Below, piece by piece: positions 39,949-49,311 of a DNA stretch of 64,000 bases. Source of the DNA: an uncultured Desulfospira sp. (GTDB lineage: Bacteria; Desulfobacterota; Desulfobacteria; Desulfobacterales; Desulfobacteraceae); NCBI GenBank assembly GCA_963663165.1, contig OY760175.1, positions 5,568,001 through 5,632,000 on the forward strand. The letters run 5' to 3'. Positions within the stretch are counted from its first letter, which is position 1. Every line of letters starts with the position of its first letter. Made by a program: the position numbers and the translations under genes. The notes beneath the pieces were generated by a model, which saw nothing but the letters and a program-made list of their open reading frames with translations, had not been told where the DNA came from and made no database searches.

Positions 39949-40773
39949 TTATTCCCTCCTTAAGAAATCTGGTTGGGATTGTGCGTTCATCATCTTTCTC
40001 ATTGTTTTCCCTTCACAGATTTCAAATAAATCATTTCTCCATTCTATACATTTTAAATCCACATTATTATCAAGTTGTGTTCCAAGGTAATATCGGATTT
40101 TATCTATAATTATACCAAATGTAATAGCCGACGAACCCGGCTTACGATAAACGCCAACTAATTGAGGTGCCCCTCCACAAGCTATGTCTTTGATATTAAA
40201 CAAAGTGTCACAAAAACAATGAAATACGCTACGGCTCGTCCCTTTATCTGGCCCCTCATTATAACGCTTATAATTATCGCGAAATTCATTAGCACCTGAA
40301 CCAAGAACAAAAAGTATATCAGAGTTCTCTGGCATTTTTATCTCTTTTCCTGACCATCCTTTTGATCGGGACCATTCTATAAGCCGACATTCAAATTTTA
40401 AATTATCTTCCAGATCTCTTGAAATGTGGATAATCTGAAATACATCTGAGACTATACCTCTCACCATTTTAGGATATTTATCAAATTGATGGACTAACTT
40501 TTCTTTGATTAATTCGAATCGTTCTTTACACGATGCATTTTCAGGAAAAAATAAACCTCGATCAGTCATTTCCGTGACTTGTGAAAGTACCATCATAGGA
40601 AAAAGTACATCCCCACAATATCCGAGAATATCTGGAGAATGTTGTAAGGCAAATACTTTTCTTCCATGATCATAATTTGCAGCATGGCCCCAACTTACAC
40701 GACTATCTGCAGCAATATATGCGGATGCTGTCCCGTGTGTATCAACTCCTATCCAAGAAACAAGTAGTGTCAT
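39949..40773 (-). CDS. Hypothetical protein, possible Ntn-hydrolase (proteasome beta/HslV-like)
   Basis: Met-Thr start, IAADSR..RK, LGSGA, CGG motifs. Confidence 0.6.
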   Translation of the reverse strand: MTLLVSWIGVDTHGTASAYIAADSRVSWGHAANYDHGRKVFALQHSPDILGYCGDVLFPMMVLSQVTEMTDRGLFFPENASCKERFELIKEKLVHQFDKYPKMVRGIVSDVFQIIHISRDLEDNLKFECRLIEWSRSKGWSGKEIKMPENSDILFVLGSGANEFRDNYKRYNEGPDKGTSRSVFHCFCDTLFNIKDIACGGAPQLVGVYRKPGSSAITFGIIIDKIRYYLGTQLDNNVDLKCIEWRNDLFEICEGKTMRKMMNAQSQPDFLRRE

Positions 40774-40779
40774 TTTAAA

Positions 40780-40905
40780 TCAGAACGGGGAGATCAGCCG
40801 CCCGGGGCATATTGCCGGGAAGCTTGTCGAAGCCAAGTTTTTCGAAAACCAAGCACTTTAAAAAAGCCGATAGCTCCCCGGGTCGGCTGCATCGTTTTGT
40901 TCTGT
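40780..40905 (-). repeat. attC site
   Basis: TCAGAAC...GTTCTGT. Confidence 0.9.
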
Positions 40906-40927
40906 GCTATTTTAAATTCGTCCGAAG

Positions 40928-41278
40928 TTAACTCCCATCTAATATCGATAATATGATTCCACAACAAGCTATAAAAAAGAAATAGATTGGGATATGCCAT
41001 CCTGACCATCGAATCTGTTTTTTATACGTTTCAATAGTTGGATCATTGTAATTGTCTAAAGATCTCCAAATAAAATTATAGACTGATTGTGAATAATAAG
41101 GATGCGTCCACGTTGCAGTCCACGAGCTATCATTTTTCATAGCTTCCCATTCAAAAGGATATTTTTTTGACATGTATTTTTGAAAAGGAAATCGAATCAA
41201 ATAACAGTGCCGGGCTAAAACAAAAATCCATCCAGCCACAAATGACAATACAATTATTAAAATTACAGATTCATTCAT
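40928..41278 (-). CDS. Two-TM hypothetical protein
   Basis: ORF fills the cassette. Confidence 0.7.
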   Translation of the reverse strand: MNESVILIIVLSFVAGWIFVLARHCYLIRFPFQKYMSKKYPFEWEAMKNDSSWTATWTHPYYSQSVYNFIWRSLDNYNDPTIETYKKQIRWSGWHIPIYFFFIACCGIILSILDGS

Positions 41279-41305
41279 CTTTATTAATCAGCTGCGTTTT
41301 ATTAC

Positions 41306-41435
41306 ACAGAACGGGGAGCTGAGGGGCCAGGCTTTTAAACCCAAAAAGCTCCGATAAAAAGATAAATTTTCCTGAACCAGGCACTTCCGAAAGGCCGCTC
41401 TGTAAGCCTGGTCCCTCTCCAGCGTTTTGTTGTGC
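41306..41435 (-). repeat. attC site
   Basis: ACAGAAC...GTTGTGC. Confidence 0.9.
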
Positions 41436-41442
41436 ATATTTT

Positions 41443-41901
41443 TTACCCAATATATTGCACGTCTTTTGGGGATTCTGCGTGTTCTCTTGTACCGAAAATC
41501 ACATCCCGCAAAACTCCTATTTCGATAGAATCTGACTTTGTTAAATCTTTTCGCATTGCTGATATCAACATGCTGAAAGCCAAAAAGGATTCGTCTGTTA
41601 TTAGAAAATTAGTACCGCTAAAAAATTTACGCATTTCCAATACAACTTCTGCACTACCAATTAAGGCAATTCTGGATTTCGCCTGTGTCAATTTTTGTAG
41701 CTGTTCAAGAGTCCGTTTATCACGATGCTTTGCTGAGCTTGCTATTTCAGAAATGATGTTTATAAAATCGAGATATGCTTGTGTACGGATTTCTAAAATT
41801 TTTTTGCTTTTTTCTGCCCGGCGTCCCAGAAAAAATTGGATCAAAGCGCTTGCCCCGACACCAATCAGTCCAATTATTGCTACAATGAGTTTAATATCCA
41901 T
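41443..41901 (-). CDS. Hypothetical protein with N-terminal TM
   Basis: ORF fills the cassette. Confidence 0.7.
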   Translation of the reverse strand: MDIKLIVAIIGLIGVGASALIQFFLGRRAEKSKKILEIRTQAYLDFINIISEIASSAKHRDKRTLEQLQKLTQAKSRIALIGSAEVVLEMRKFFSGTNFLITDESFLAFSMLISAMRKDLTKSDSIEIGVLRDVIFGTREHAESPKDVQYIG

Positions 41902-41937
41902 AAATCATCTCATTAGAGATATCCGTCCCGTTTCAAA

Positions 41938-42065
41938 GCACAACGGGGAGCTCAGCCGACCGGGGGCATACAGCCAAGCAGGTTGTCGAAGCCAAATTTT
42001 TTCAAAAACCAAAAGCTTTTAAAAAGCCGCTATCCCCCCGGGTCGGCTGCAGCGTTTTGTTATCT
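41938..42065 (-). repeat. attC site
   Basis: GCACAAC...GTTATCT. Confidence 0.9.
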
Positions 42066-42066
42066 T

Positions 42067-42378
42067 TTATTTTAAAATGGGATTCATAAAACTACGTTCA
42101 TGACTTATGATACACCGTGTTTTTTCAGAATGTTCAAATGCCTTTATACATTCAGGATCTTTCCTCATTTTATCCCGATAGGTTTCATACTCCGCAAGAG
42201 AAGGGAAACTGAATAATGCCACTGCAATATTATTGGCGCCTTCATGTGGTAAAAAATATCCATGATGAGTTCCGCCAAACTTGTTGACCAGGGGAATCCA
42301 CATCTTTGCATAAACTTCGAAATCTTTTATTTTATAAGGATCGATAACATATCTCAGATAGCAAGTAATCATAGTCAC
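42067..42378 (-). CDS. NIPSNAP-family protein
   Basis: ITCYLRY.IDP..GGTHHGYFLP.EG..FPSLA.YE. Confidence 0.85.
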   Translation of the reverse strand: MTMITCYLRYVIDPYKIKDFEVYAKMWIPLVNKFGGTHHGYFLPHEGANNIAVALFSFPSLAEYETYRDKMRKDPECIKAFEHSEKTRCIISHERSFMNPILK

Positions 42379-42608
42379 TCCGTTTCAGAAATTTTGTACA
42401 ACTTGTCAAGCACCCGACACCGCATCCTTAACCAACCAAGTATCAGTTAGAACATGATTTTTTATTGGTCGATCGAGTCACCTAAATCTGTCAAAGTTTG
42501 CCATGTCTGATGGTACTACTTTAAGCATATTTTAAATTTGGAATCAAAGTCCTTTTTTCTTTTATAATCCGATTTAGTTTGGGCGATATTCTTCCGTTTG
42601 TTTTTTGA

Positions 42609-42738
42609 AGATAACGGGGAGCTGAGGGGCCAGGCTTTTAAACCCAAAAAGCTCCGATAAAAGTTTAAATTTTCCTGAACCAGGCACTTCCGAAAAGCCG
42701 CTCTGTAAGCCTGGTCCCTCTCCAGCGTTTTGTTGTGC
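42609..42738 (-). repeat. attC site
   Basis: AGATAAC...GTTGTGC. Confidence 0.9.
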
Positions 42739-42745
42739 AATATTT

Positions 42746-43408
42746 TTAAAAAGTTATAGACCCAGATGTATCGTTCTCCTTTGTCAACTCAGTAATTAAC
42801 AATCTAATATTTTCCCCTTTTTTTGTATGAGGTGGGAACAACTCCTTAAGGAAATATAATGCATCATAGCCATCTGGGATTGTTGCGTAATAAAATTCTT
42901 GAGCTATTTCGCTAAAATTTAATAAATTATTTTCCTTATTACATGCGATGGTAAACCGTGAAATAAGCTCCTTGAGAATATTTTCAAATTCATGATAATA
43001 GGCTAAATCATATAAGAGCTGAACGTGTGTAGGTCGTTGATCAAGGCCATACAAAAGAAGGGCTTTAAGATTTTTATTTGCTTTCTTGAAATATTTTCTA
43101 ATCAATGGATGATTGGGATGTTGAGCATCTCGTTCAGCGTCAAATATTTGTAATGTCTTTTCAGATAATTCTTTCTTGCCGTCAAAATATGAAACTAAAT
43201 ATTTTTGGTTGGAATTTTGAGGAACAGCATTATTTTCTTCTTTTTCTTCAAAATCTTCTTCCTCGTAATATTCAAAACCAATTTCTTCTAAAGTTTCACG
43301 GAAATTGCCTGGCTGATCTTTTAGGATATTATCAACTTTCTCAAAAACCATTTCGTTTTTTATTTTCTGATAATCATTGAGAAACGAATCCTCTTTTTTC
43401 TTTCCCAT
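42746..43408 (-). CDS. Hypothetical protein
   Basis: 220-aa ORF with GAGG RBS inside a cassette. Confidence 0.7.
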   Translation of the reverse strand: MGKKKEDSFLNDYQKIKNEMVFEKVDNILKDQPGNFRETLEEIGFEYYEEEDFEEKEENNAVPQNSNQKYLVSYFDGKKELSEKTLQIFDAERDAQHPNHPLIRKYFKKANKNLKALLLYGLDQRPTHVQLLYDLAYYHEFENILKELISRFTIACNKENNLLNFSEIAQEFYYATIPDGYDALYFLKELFPPHTKKGENIRLLITELTKENDTSGSITF

Positions 43409-43594
43409 GTTGTAGTGAATTCCTCTTTTTTTATCCTCCGTCTAAGCGATGAAATGAAGTTTCCAAAACCAACTTCTCTGATCAACCGACTCGTTTTGGT
43501 CATCACTATCTGAAATTATCCAGCCCCAATATATTATGTTTGTTTTGAAAAGCCAAAATCCTTTTCATTGGAGACTATCCGTTCCCGTTTTGAA

Positions 43595-43725
43595 GCACAA
43601 CGGGGAGCTGAGGGGCCAGGCTTCTTAAACCCCAAAAGCTCCGATAAAAAGATAAATTTTCCTGAACCAGGGACTCCCGAAAGGCCGCGCAGTAAGCCTG
43701 GTCCCTCTCCAGCGTTTTGTTGTGC
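43595..43725 (-). repeat. attC site
   Basis: GCACAAC...GTTGTGC. Confidence 0.9.
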
Positions 43726-43830
43726 AATATTCTTAAGAAAGCAGACCCTCTCTCAAAGTCGATAATTAATTTATTGTTTTATTAAATTGATTATAGCTGT
43801 CTTTGGCTGTAGCGTTTTGTTCAGTTTCTT

Positions 43831-44352
43831 TCAATTTTTTTTCATCCACTTTTTTTTAAAGTCTTCTTTTGATGTGATGAATTTACGTTCCAATATAATT
43901 GCAGTAAAACCGTGTTTTGTGGCTTTGTCTGCAAAGGAATCTAAGTGGTCGGCACCGCACACAAACAACATAGGGTCCACAAACGCAGAACTGAGTTTCT
44001 CTATCCACGCATCTTCGATCATGTTGAAGTAACGTTGCGTTTCCTGCTCAACTTTGCTTTGTGACCAATCATACTGAAACTTCTGAATATCAATGTCTTG
44101 TAAGCCAAGGATTCCTCTTTGCGCCCTTTCCTCTCGGGTAATGCCACAATACTTGTGTGGAATATGCATTCTATCCGCAAAGCACTTGAGGATAGTTTTG
44201 CTTTCCCCCACATCAGAGAGACCATCTAAGCTCATCTCCTCCCCAAGTGAACGAATATCATGACTGCTAAATATCTCTTTTATGTAAGCCTCGAATTCAG
44301 GTGATGGGTCCGTCTGCTGGTCATGAGTAACACCAAGTATGTATATTTGCAT
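43831..44352 (-). CDS. Hypothetical protein (G..H, EE, GADH motifs)
   Basis: 173-aa cassette ORF. Confidence 0.65.
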   Translation of the reverse strand: MQIYILGVTHDQQTDPSPEFEAYIKEIFSSHDIRSLGEEMSLDGLSDVGESKTILKCFADRMHIPHKYCGITREERAQRGILGLQDIDIQKFQYDWSQSKVEQETQRYFNMIEDAWIEKLSSAFVDPMLFVCGADHLDSFADKATKHGFTAIILERKFITSKEDFKKKWMKKN

Positions 44353-44510
44353 ATGTTACCCCCCCCCCCCCCCTCCTATTCTGATTCAATCTGTCCTATT
44401 AAATTGAATTTTGAAGGGTTCTTGAAGAATAAGGAGTTTATAAAATTAGCCTTCAATAATTCCGACAAGCCAAACTTGTTATTAGTTAACCATCCCCGCT
44501 CCGTATCAAA

Positions 44511-44640
44511 GCACAACGGGGAGCTGAGGGGCCAGGCTTTTAAACCCAAAAAGCTCCGATAAAAGTTTAAATTTTCCTGAACCAGGGACTCAGAAAAGGC
44601 CGCTCTGTAAGCCTGGTCCCTCTCCAGCGTTTTGTTGTGC
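44511..44640 (-). repeat. attC site
   Basis: GCACAAC...GTTGTGC. Confidence 0.9.
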
Positions 44641-44905
44641 ATATTTTTCCGTAACAATTATGAAAATAATATAAAAAATGTATTTTTAAAAAAATGGTCT
44701 GGAATCCTTCGTCCCAATGGTCTTTATCTAAAACATATTCATCTATTGAGAAGCCATTAGGGCGATCTTTAAAGCCAGAAACATCTTTTAGTCTATCCAC
44801 AGCCTTTTGGGCTATGAATAACGAACTATAAATTCCAATGATTTTTAAATCTTCTGTCTCATCGTCGAACTGGTGAACGTGTTGAACTAAAAATACCTTA
44901 ACCAT
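44567..44905 (-). CDS. Small hypothetical protein (IGIYSS..W.EGF), reading through into attC
   Basis: Second ORF of a two-gene cassette; tail after WDEGF looks like read-through. Confidence 0.6.
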   Translation of the reverse strand: MVKVFLVQHVHQFDDETEDLKIIGIYSSLFIAQKAVDRLKDVSGFKDRPNGFSIDEYVLDKDHWDEGFQTIFLKIHFLYYFHNCYGKICTTKRWRGTRLTERPFLSPWFRKI

Positions 44906-45029
44906 GATTGTTTACCATCACGTTTGAATAATCTTTTTATATGAAAGAGTTCAATAAGCCATTGAGTTCTTTCTACTTTCGTTGTGGGCTGCACCTCAGT
45001 GCTGATATGTCAAGTCGGCCCGTGGCTGT

Positions 45030-45422
45030 TTATATGAAATTTTCTTTTTCCAGGTTATTTTCTTCAAATAGGGTTTTATATAGGTCCAAGGAACTGCCTG
45101 TTTTTAAATATCTTGTGATTTCCTTGTTGACTTCACTTCGGAGTCCCATCTGTTGCATACATAAAACAAGACATATTGAAGCAGTTTCAGATTTTGGCGA
45201 CAATTCCACGGATTTTTGTGCCCACGGTAAAGCTTTTTTGGGATCATTCAACTCTGAATAAAGCAGGGAAGCTATCATGCCAACAACGGGACCATAGGCT
45301 CCATTGTTTTCGATGATTTCTCTACACTTCTCAACGGCTTCTGTATATTTGCCAGAATTCTTTAATTCAACAGCTTTTTTGAACTCAGTTTCGTAAATTT
45401 TTTCCATATTTGACAATATCAA
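45030..45422 (-). CDS. TPR-like protein
   Basis: G.Y.EA, KAL..AQKSVELSP.S repeats. Confidence 0.65.
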   Translation of the reverse strand: MILSNMEKIYETEFKKAVELKNSGKYTEAVEKCREIIENNGAYGPVVGMIASLLYSELNDPKKALPWAQKSVELSPKSETASICLVLCMQQMGLRSEVNKEITRYLKTGSSLDLYKTLFEENNLEKENFI

Positions 45423-45484
45423 AAGAAGTTTTTCTTGGATTCAATAGTCAAGTTTAATTGGAGATTATCCGTCCCCGTTTTGAA

Positions 45485-45611
45485 GCACAACGGGGAGCTC
45501 AGCCGACCGGGGCATATAACCGAGCAGGTTGTCGAAGCCAAGTTCTTTCGAAAACCAAGAGTTTTCGAAAAGCCGCTAGCCCCCCGGGTCGGCTGCAGCG
45601 TTTTGTTATCA
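45485..45611 (-). repeat. attC site
   Basis: GCACAAC...GTTATCA. Confidence 0.9.
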
Positions 45612-45621
45612 TAATTTTTGA

Positions 45622-45912
45622 TCAAGCATGAAGGGCTTCAAGTACCGCTTTAGGGTTTTTGGAGGCGATACGTAACAAGGCTTTTGCAGGGCCTTCTGGT
45701 TTCCTCCTCCCTTGTTCCCAATTTTGAAGAGTTCTTACGCTTACTCCTATCATCATGGCAAATTCAGACTGTGAAACGCTTAAAGTCTTCCGAACCATTT
45801 TAATTTCAGGAGCTTCAATCTCAAAAACTCGGCTTGGTTTCTTTTTTTCGGTTTTTATATCGCCAGCTTCTTTTATGCTTGAAAGCAACATATCAAAAGC
45901 TTCTTTTTTCAT
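45622..45912 (-). CDS. HigA-like HTH antitoxin (duplicate cassette)
   Basis: Three aa differences from 25951-26241. Confidence 0.9.
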   Translation of the reverse strand: MKKEAFDMLLSSIKEAGDIKTEKKKPSRVFEIEAPEIKMVRKTLSVSQSEFAMMIGVSVRTLQNWEQGRRKPEGPAKALLRIASKNPKAVLEALHA

Positions 45913-46241
45913 AATAAATTCTCCGTTAATGCTTTTTTCAAGATTTTGACTTGTTCGAGGGTTAAATCTTCTTGTTCGTTTTTCTTGTACATGAACAGCA
46001 TGTAGATCGTTTCGGGTTGATCAAAATAGTAAATAACCCGTAAAGCCCCTCTTTTGCCTGCACCAGGTAATTTCCAACGAATTTTACGAATTCCTCCACT
46101 TCCTTTAATAATTGCCCCTGCACCTGGATTTAACATTAAAGCAGATTGCAATACTCGATAACTCGAGTCGGGTAGAAGCTTCAGAACTTGCTTGGTAAAT
46201 ATTGATGTTTCAATGAATTCCATAACACAACAATACGCCAT
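45909..46241 (-). CDS. RelE/HigB-family toxin (duplicate cassette)
   Basis: One aa difference from 26238-26570. Confidence 0.9.
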   Translation of the reverse strand: MAYCCVMEFIETSIFTKQVLKLLPDSSYRVLQSALMLNPGAGAIIKGSGGIRKIRWKLPGAGKRGALRVIYYFDQPETIYMLFMYKKNEQEDLTLEQVKILKKALTENLL

Positions 46242-46276
46242 TGACGTATTTAAGTCAAGATGGAGATGGTTTTAAA

Positions 46277-46334
46277 TGATAACAGTGAAATAGGCAGAAT
46301 GGGCCAATAGTATAATAGGCAGATTCTGTCTATT
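46277..46334 (-). other. Putative attI site
   Basis: Identity with the duplicate cassette stops exactly at TGATAAC; not followed by attC; AATAGGCAGA direct repeats at 46289 and 46314 plus an inverted near-copy. Confidence 0.65.
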
Positions 46335-47074
46335 GTCTAAAAATATTCCGTTTTCCTTTTAATTTGTCTGTATATACATCCTATGGAACCTTAATATACA
46401 GATTTCAGATTCAAAGGACACAATTAACATGTGAAATCGGTTAAGTGAGCATCCACTTTAATTTTATGTGTATGGTGCTACTTTTAAATACCCCTTCCTT
46501 ATATATTATTTGCACCCTGCAAAGAATACTGCAAGTCAGACATTTTGAAATTTGGCTCATCAAACAATACGCAACGCCGAATCTCCTTTTGATCATCATG
46601 GCACCAAGGGAACTCCGGCCATTCCCTGGGTATGTCTTGACGCAAATTCGAAATCCGGCCCATGCATTGAAAATTATATTCAAAGCATGGGCTTTTACTC
46701 TAAAAACAAATTGAACAAACGCTGGTCTCGTCTTAAATTATATGCAAGTTCTATGCAAAGTGAACCGATTGCGAATGGTGTAGGAAAAAAAATAAAAGAA
46801 AATTCGGAATCCTTTTCCAGTTCGGCATGTTGGCTGAATAATAAATTAAAATTATAATATGAATCTAATTTAATTGATTGTAACCCTTCATATTTAGTCC
46901 ATATGTCAGGGTTGGTGTGTAAAATCGGTAATAGTTTTAGGAAATAAATGTAACAGTGGTATGTAAAATTTTTCCTACCTAAGAGAGAGGCATTGATCCT
47001 TGAGGCCAGGGATAGGATATTGGGTTATTTTGATAGGGGGTGTTACCTTAGATACTCCCCCGGATTTTCGAAAG

Positions 47075-49264
47075 TTACCCCTGCATCAGCATGTCTTTGA
47101 GGCCTGACCGGCGAAGCCGGGTCTGGTTGTTTTCAAAGGCGATTTCAAAGGCCCGGGATGATCCCACAATGATGGTCAGCTCCCGGCCCCGTGTGATGGC
47201 CGTGTAAAGCAGGTTGCGCTGTAGAAGGGGGAAATGGGCCCGGGTCAGGGCGATGATCACGGCCGGGTATTCCGAACCCTGGGATTTGTGGATGGAGACC
47301 GCATAGGCCAGGGTCAGCTCATCTAACTCCGGCACGTCGTATGCCACGGTACGGCCTTCGAAATCCACGGCTACCCGCCCCTCTTTTTTGTCCACAGAAA
47401 GGATGGTGCCGATGTCCCCGTTGAACACGTCTTTTTCATAGTTGTTTTTCAGGTGCATGACCTTGTCCCCTTCTCGAAACACCATGCCCCGGCTGGGGAT
47501 ACCGTCTTTGTCCGGGTTCAGGACGGCCTGGAGCTGCTGGTTCAAGTTAATGGTGCCGGCGTCTCCCCGGTGCATGGGGGTGAGCACCTGGACTTCGTCG
47601 ATATGGGGAAAGGCTTTGGGAATCCGGTTTGAACACAGCTCCTGGATGGTTTCCACCACCCGGGCAGGATTATGGGTTTCGATAAAATAAAATTCAGACA
47701 GGCTGTCCTTGTCCGGCTTTTGTTTCAGATCGGGGAGTTTACCGTTCCTGATGCTGTGGGCATGGGCGATGATGGGGCTTTGTTCGGCCTGGCGGAAAAT
47801 TCGGGTCAATGAAAATACCTTGACCTGGTCTGATTCAATGATGTCGGACAGCACGTTACCCGGGCCTACCGAGGGCAGCTGAAAGGTGTCACCCACCAGG
47901 ATCAGAAAGGCCCTTGCCGGCATGGCCTCCATCAGGTGGTACATGAGGAGGGTGTCCACCATAGACGCCTCATCCACCACAAAGACGTCCAGGTTAAGGG
48001 GGTTGGTAAAGCCGTATTCAAACTGTCCCGTGTCCTGGTTGTACCCCAAAAGCTTGTGAAGGGTGAACGCCTTTTTACCGGTCACCTCGGACAGGCGGCG
48101 GGCCGCCCTGCCCGTGGGCGCCCCTAAAACCACCGAGAGGCGAAGCTTTCTGAACACCGCGCACAGTGCCCGGATGAGGGTGGTTTTGCCGGTGCCGGGC
48201 CCGCCGCTAATCACGGATATTTTTCGGGCAATCACCTGGGACACCACATGGAGCTGTTCTTCGGAGAGCTTCACAGCCAGGGTGGAAAGGACCTGTTCTA
48301 AAATGTCATCGTCACTGACGTGGTATTCGGGGACAGGCATGGACAGCAGTGCCTTGATTCTTGATGCGATCAGGTTCTCAGCCTTAAACATGTGGCTTAG
48401 GTAAACCCGCTCCTGGAGACTGCCGGTATCCTGATCTCCATTGGCGTCGGGCAGGTCCGGGGTAAAGATGGTGATTTCTCCGTCCCTTTCCAGGTCCCTT
48501 AAACAGTCCTCAATGATGCCTGAACTGACCCCGGCGGTTCTTGCGCAGTCGGCAATGAGTTCCTGCTTTGGGGCATAGACATGGCCGTCCTGCTCAAAGG
48601 CGGCCAGCCGGCAGAGCAGGCAGGCAGACAGGCGGCCAGCGTCCTCTTTTTCAAATCCCAAGGACCGGGCCAGCCGGTCGGCAGCCTTGAAATCCAGGGC
48701 CGGAATATCCCGGGCCAGCCGGTAGGGCTCGGTTTCAAGAACGTCTAATGCATTGGCACCATAGGTTTTTAAAATAGGGCCGGCATGGGACAGGCCCAAA
48801 CCCTTGTCCTGGAGGAATCCCATGACCCGCCGCACGGAATGGTGGCGGTTCCATGCCCTTTCAATGGCCTGTCTTTTGGCCTTGCCGATGCCGTGAACTT
48901 CCAGGAGTTTGTGCGGCTGGTTTTCAATGATCTCAAGGGTCTGTTCGCCAAACCGGTCCACGATCCGGTCGCAAAGGGAATGGCTTAAGCCCTTGATCAG
49001 CCCGGACCCTAAGTATTTCCGGATTCCGGATATGGTGGCCGGGAGGGTGACCTTAAACGACTGGACGCTGAACTGGTCCCCGTATTTGGGGTGGGCCGTC
49101 CATTTTCCTTCAAGGCTTAAGGTTTCTCCTTCAGATACCCCGGGCAGGCAGCCGGTTACGGTAATGGGATCGGCAACCCCCGGCACCCGGAGTCTGCAGA
49201 CCGTATAATGGTTGTCGGGGTTCTGGAAGGTGATTCCGGTGAGAACGCCTTTAATGGTGATCAT
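47075..49264 (-). CDS. recD2: RecD2-like ATP-dependent helicase
   Basis: HPKYGDQF, GGPGTGKT, DEASM, AYAVSIHKSQGSEY. Confidence 0.92.
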   Translation of the reverse strand: MITIKGVLTGITFQNPDNHYTVCRLRVPGVADPITVTGCLPGVSEGETLSLEGKWTAHPKYGDQFSVQSFKVTLPATISGIRKYLGSGLIKGLSHSLCDRIVDRFGEQTLEIIENQPHKLLEVHGIGKAKRQAIERAWNRHHSVRRVMGFLQDKGLGLSHAGPILKTYGANALDVLETEPYRLARDIPALDFKAADRLARSLGFEKEDAGRLSACLLCRLAAFEQDGHVYAPKQELIADCARTAGVSSGIIEDCLRDLERDGEITIFTPDLPDANGDQDTGSLQERVYLSHMFKAENLIASRIKALLSMPVPEYHVSDDDILEQVLSTLAVKLSEEQLHVVSQVIARKISVISGGPGTGKTTLIRALCAVFRKLRLSVVLGAPTGRAARRLSEVTGKKAFTLHKLLGYNQDTGQFEYGFTNPLNLDVFVVDEASMVDTLLMYHLMEAMPARAFLILVGDTFQLPSVGPGNVLSDIIESDQVKVFSLTRIFRQAEQSPIIAHAHSIRNGKLPDLKQKPDKDSLSEFYFIETHNPARVVETIQELCSNRIPKAFPHIDEVQVLTPMHRGDAGTINLNQQLQAVLNPDKDGIPSRGMVFREGDKVMHLKNNYEKDVFNGDIGTILSVDKKEGRVAVDFEGRTVAYDVPELDELTLAYAVSIHKSQGSEYPAVIIALTRAHFPLLQRNLLYTAITRGRELTIIVGSSRAFEIAFENNQTRLRRSGLKDMLMQG

Positions 49265-49311
49265 GGCATTCTGAAAGGATGAGGGATGAAGGATGAAAAG
49301 GGCGCATCGTG

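Larger units (their letters stand above)
7412..46283 (-). mobile_element. Integron gene-cassette array (20 attC sites; probably continues left of the window)
   Basis: Imperfect palindromes with AAC...GTT cores following short co-oriented ORFs; the two 7-bp core sites bounding a cassette are perfectly complementary in 16 of 20 cassettes. Confidence 0.95.

Noticed and set aside
42516..44657. Repeated short ORFs starting MHNKTLERDQAY (also near 9920 and 10674)
   Set aside because: These are translations of attC sequence, not credible genes.
44975..45030. Hairpin between two ORFs as an extra attC
   Set aside because: It lacks a proper AAC/GTT core pair and family similarity, and the outer cores already match.
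7412..45611. Recurrent ~130-bp repeats as a CRISPR array
   Set aside because: The repeats are long, are separated by whole genes and have attC core structure; there are no cas genes.
46441..46683. Possible remnant of a REP-associated tyrosine transposase (AYCLMS-like words)
   Set aside because: Only a few residues match and the HUH motif is absent; it would need a translated search.
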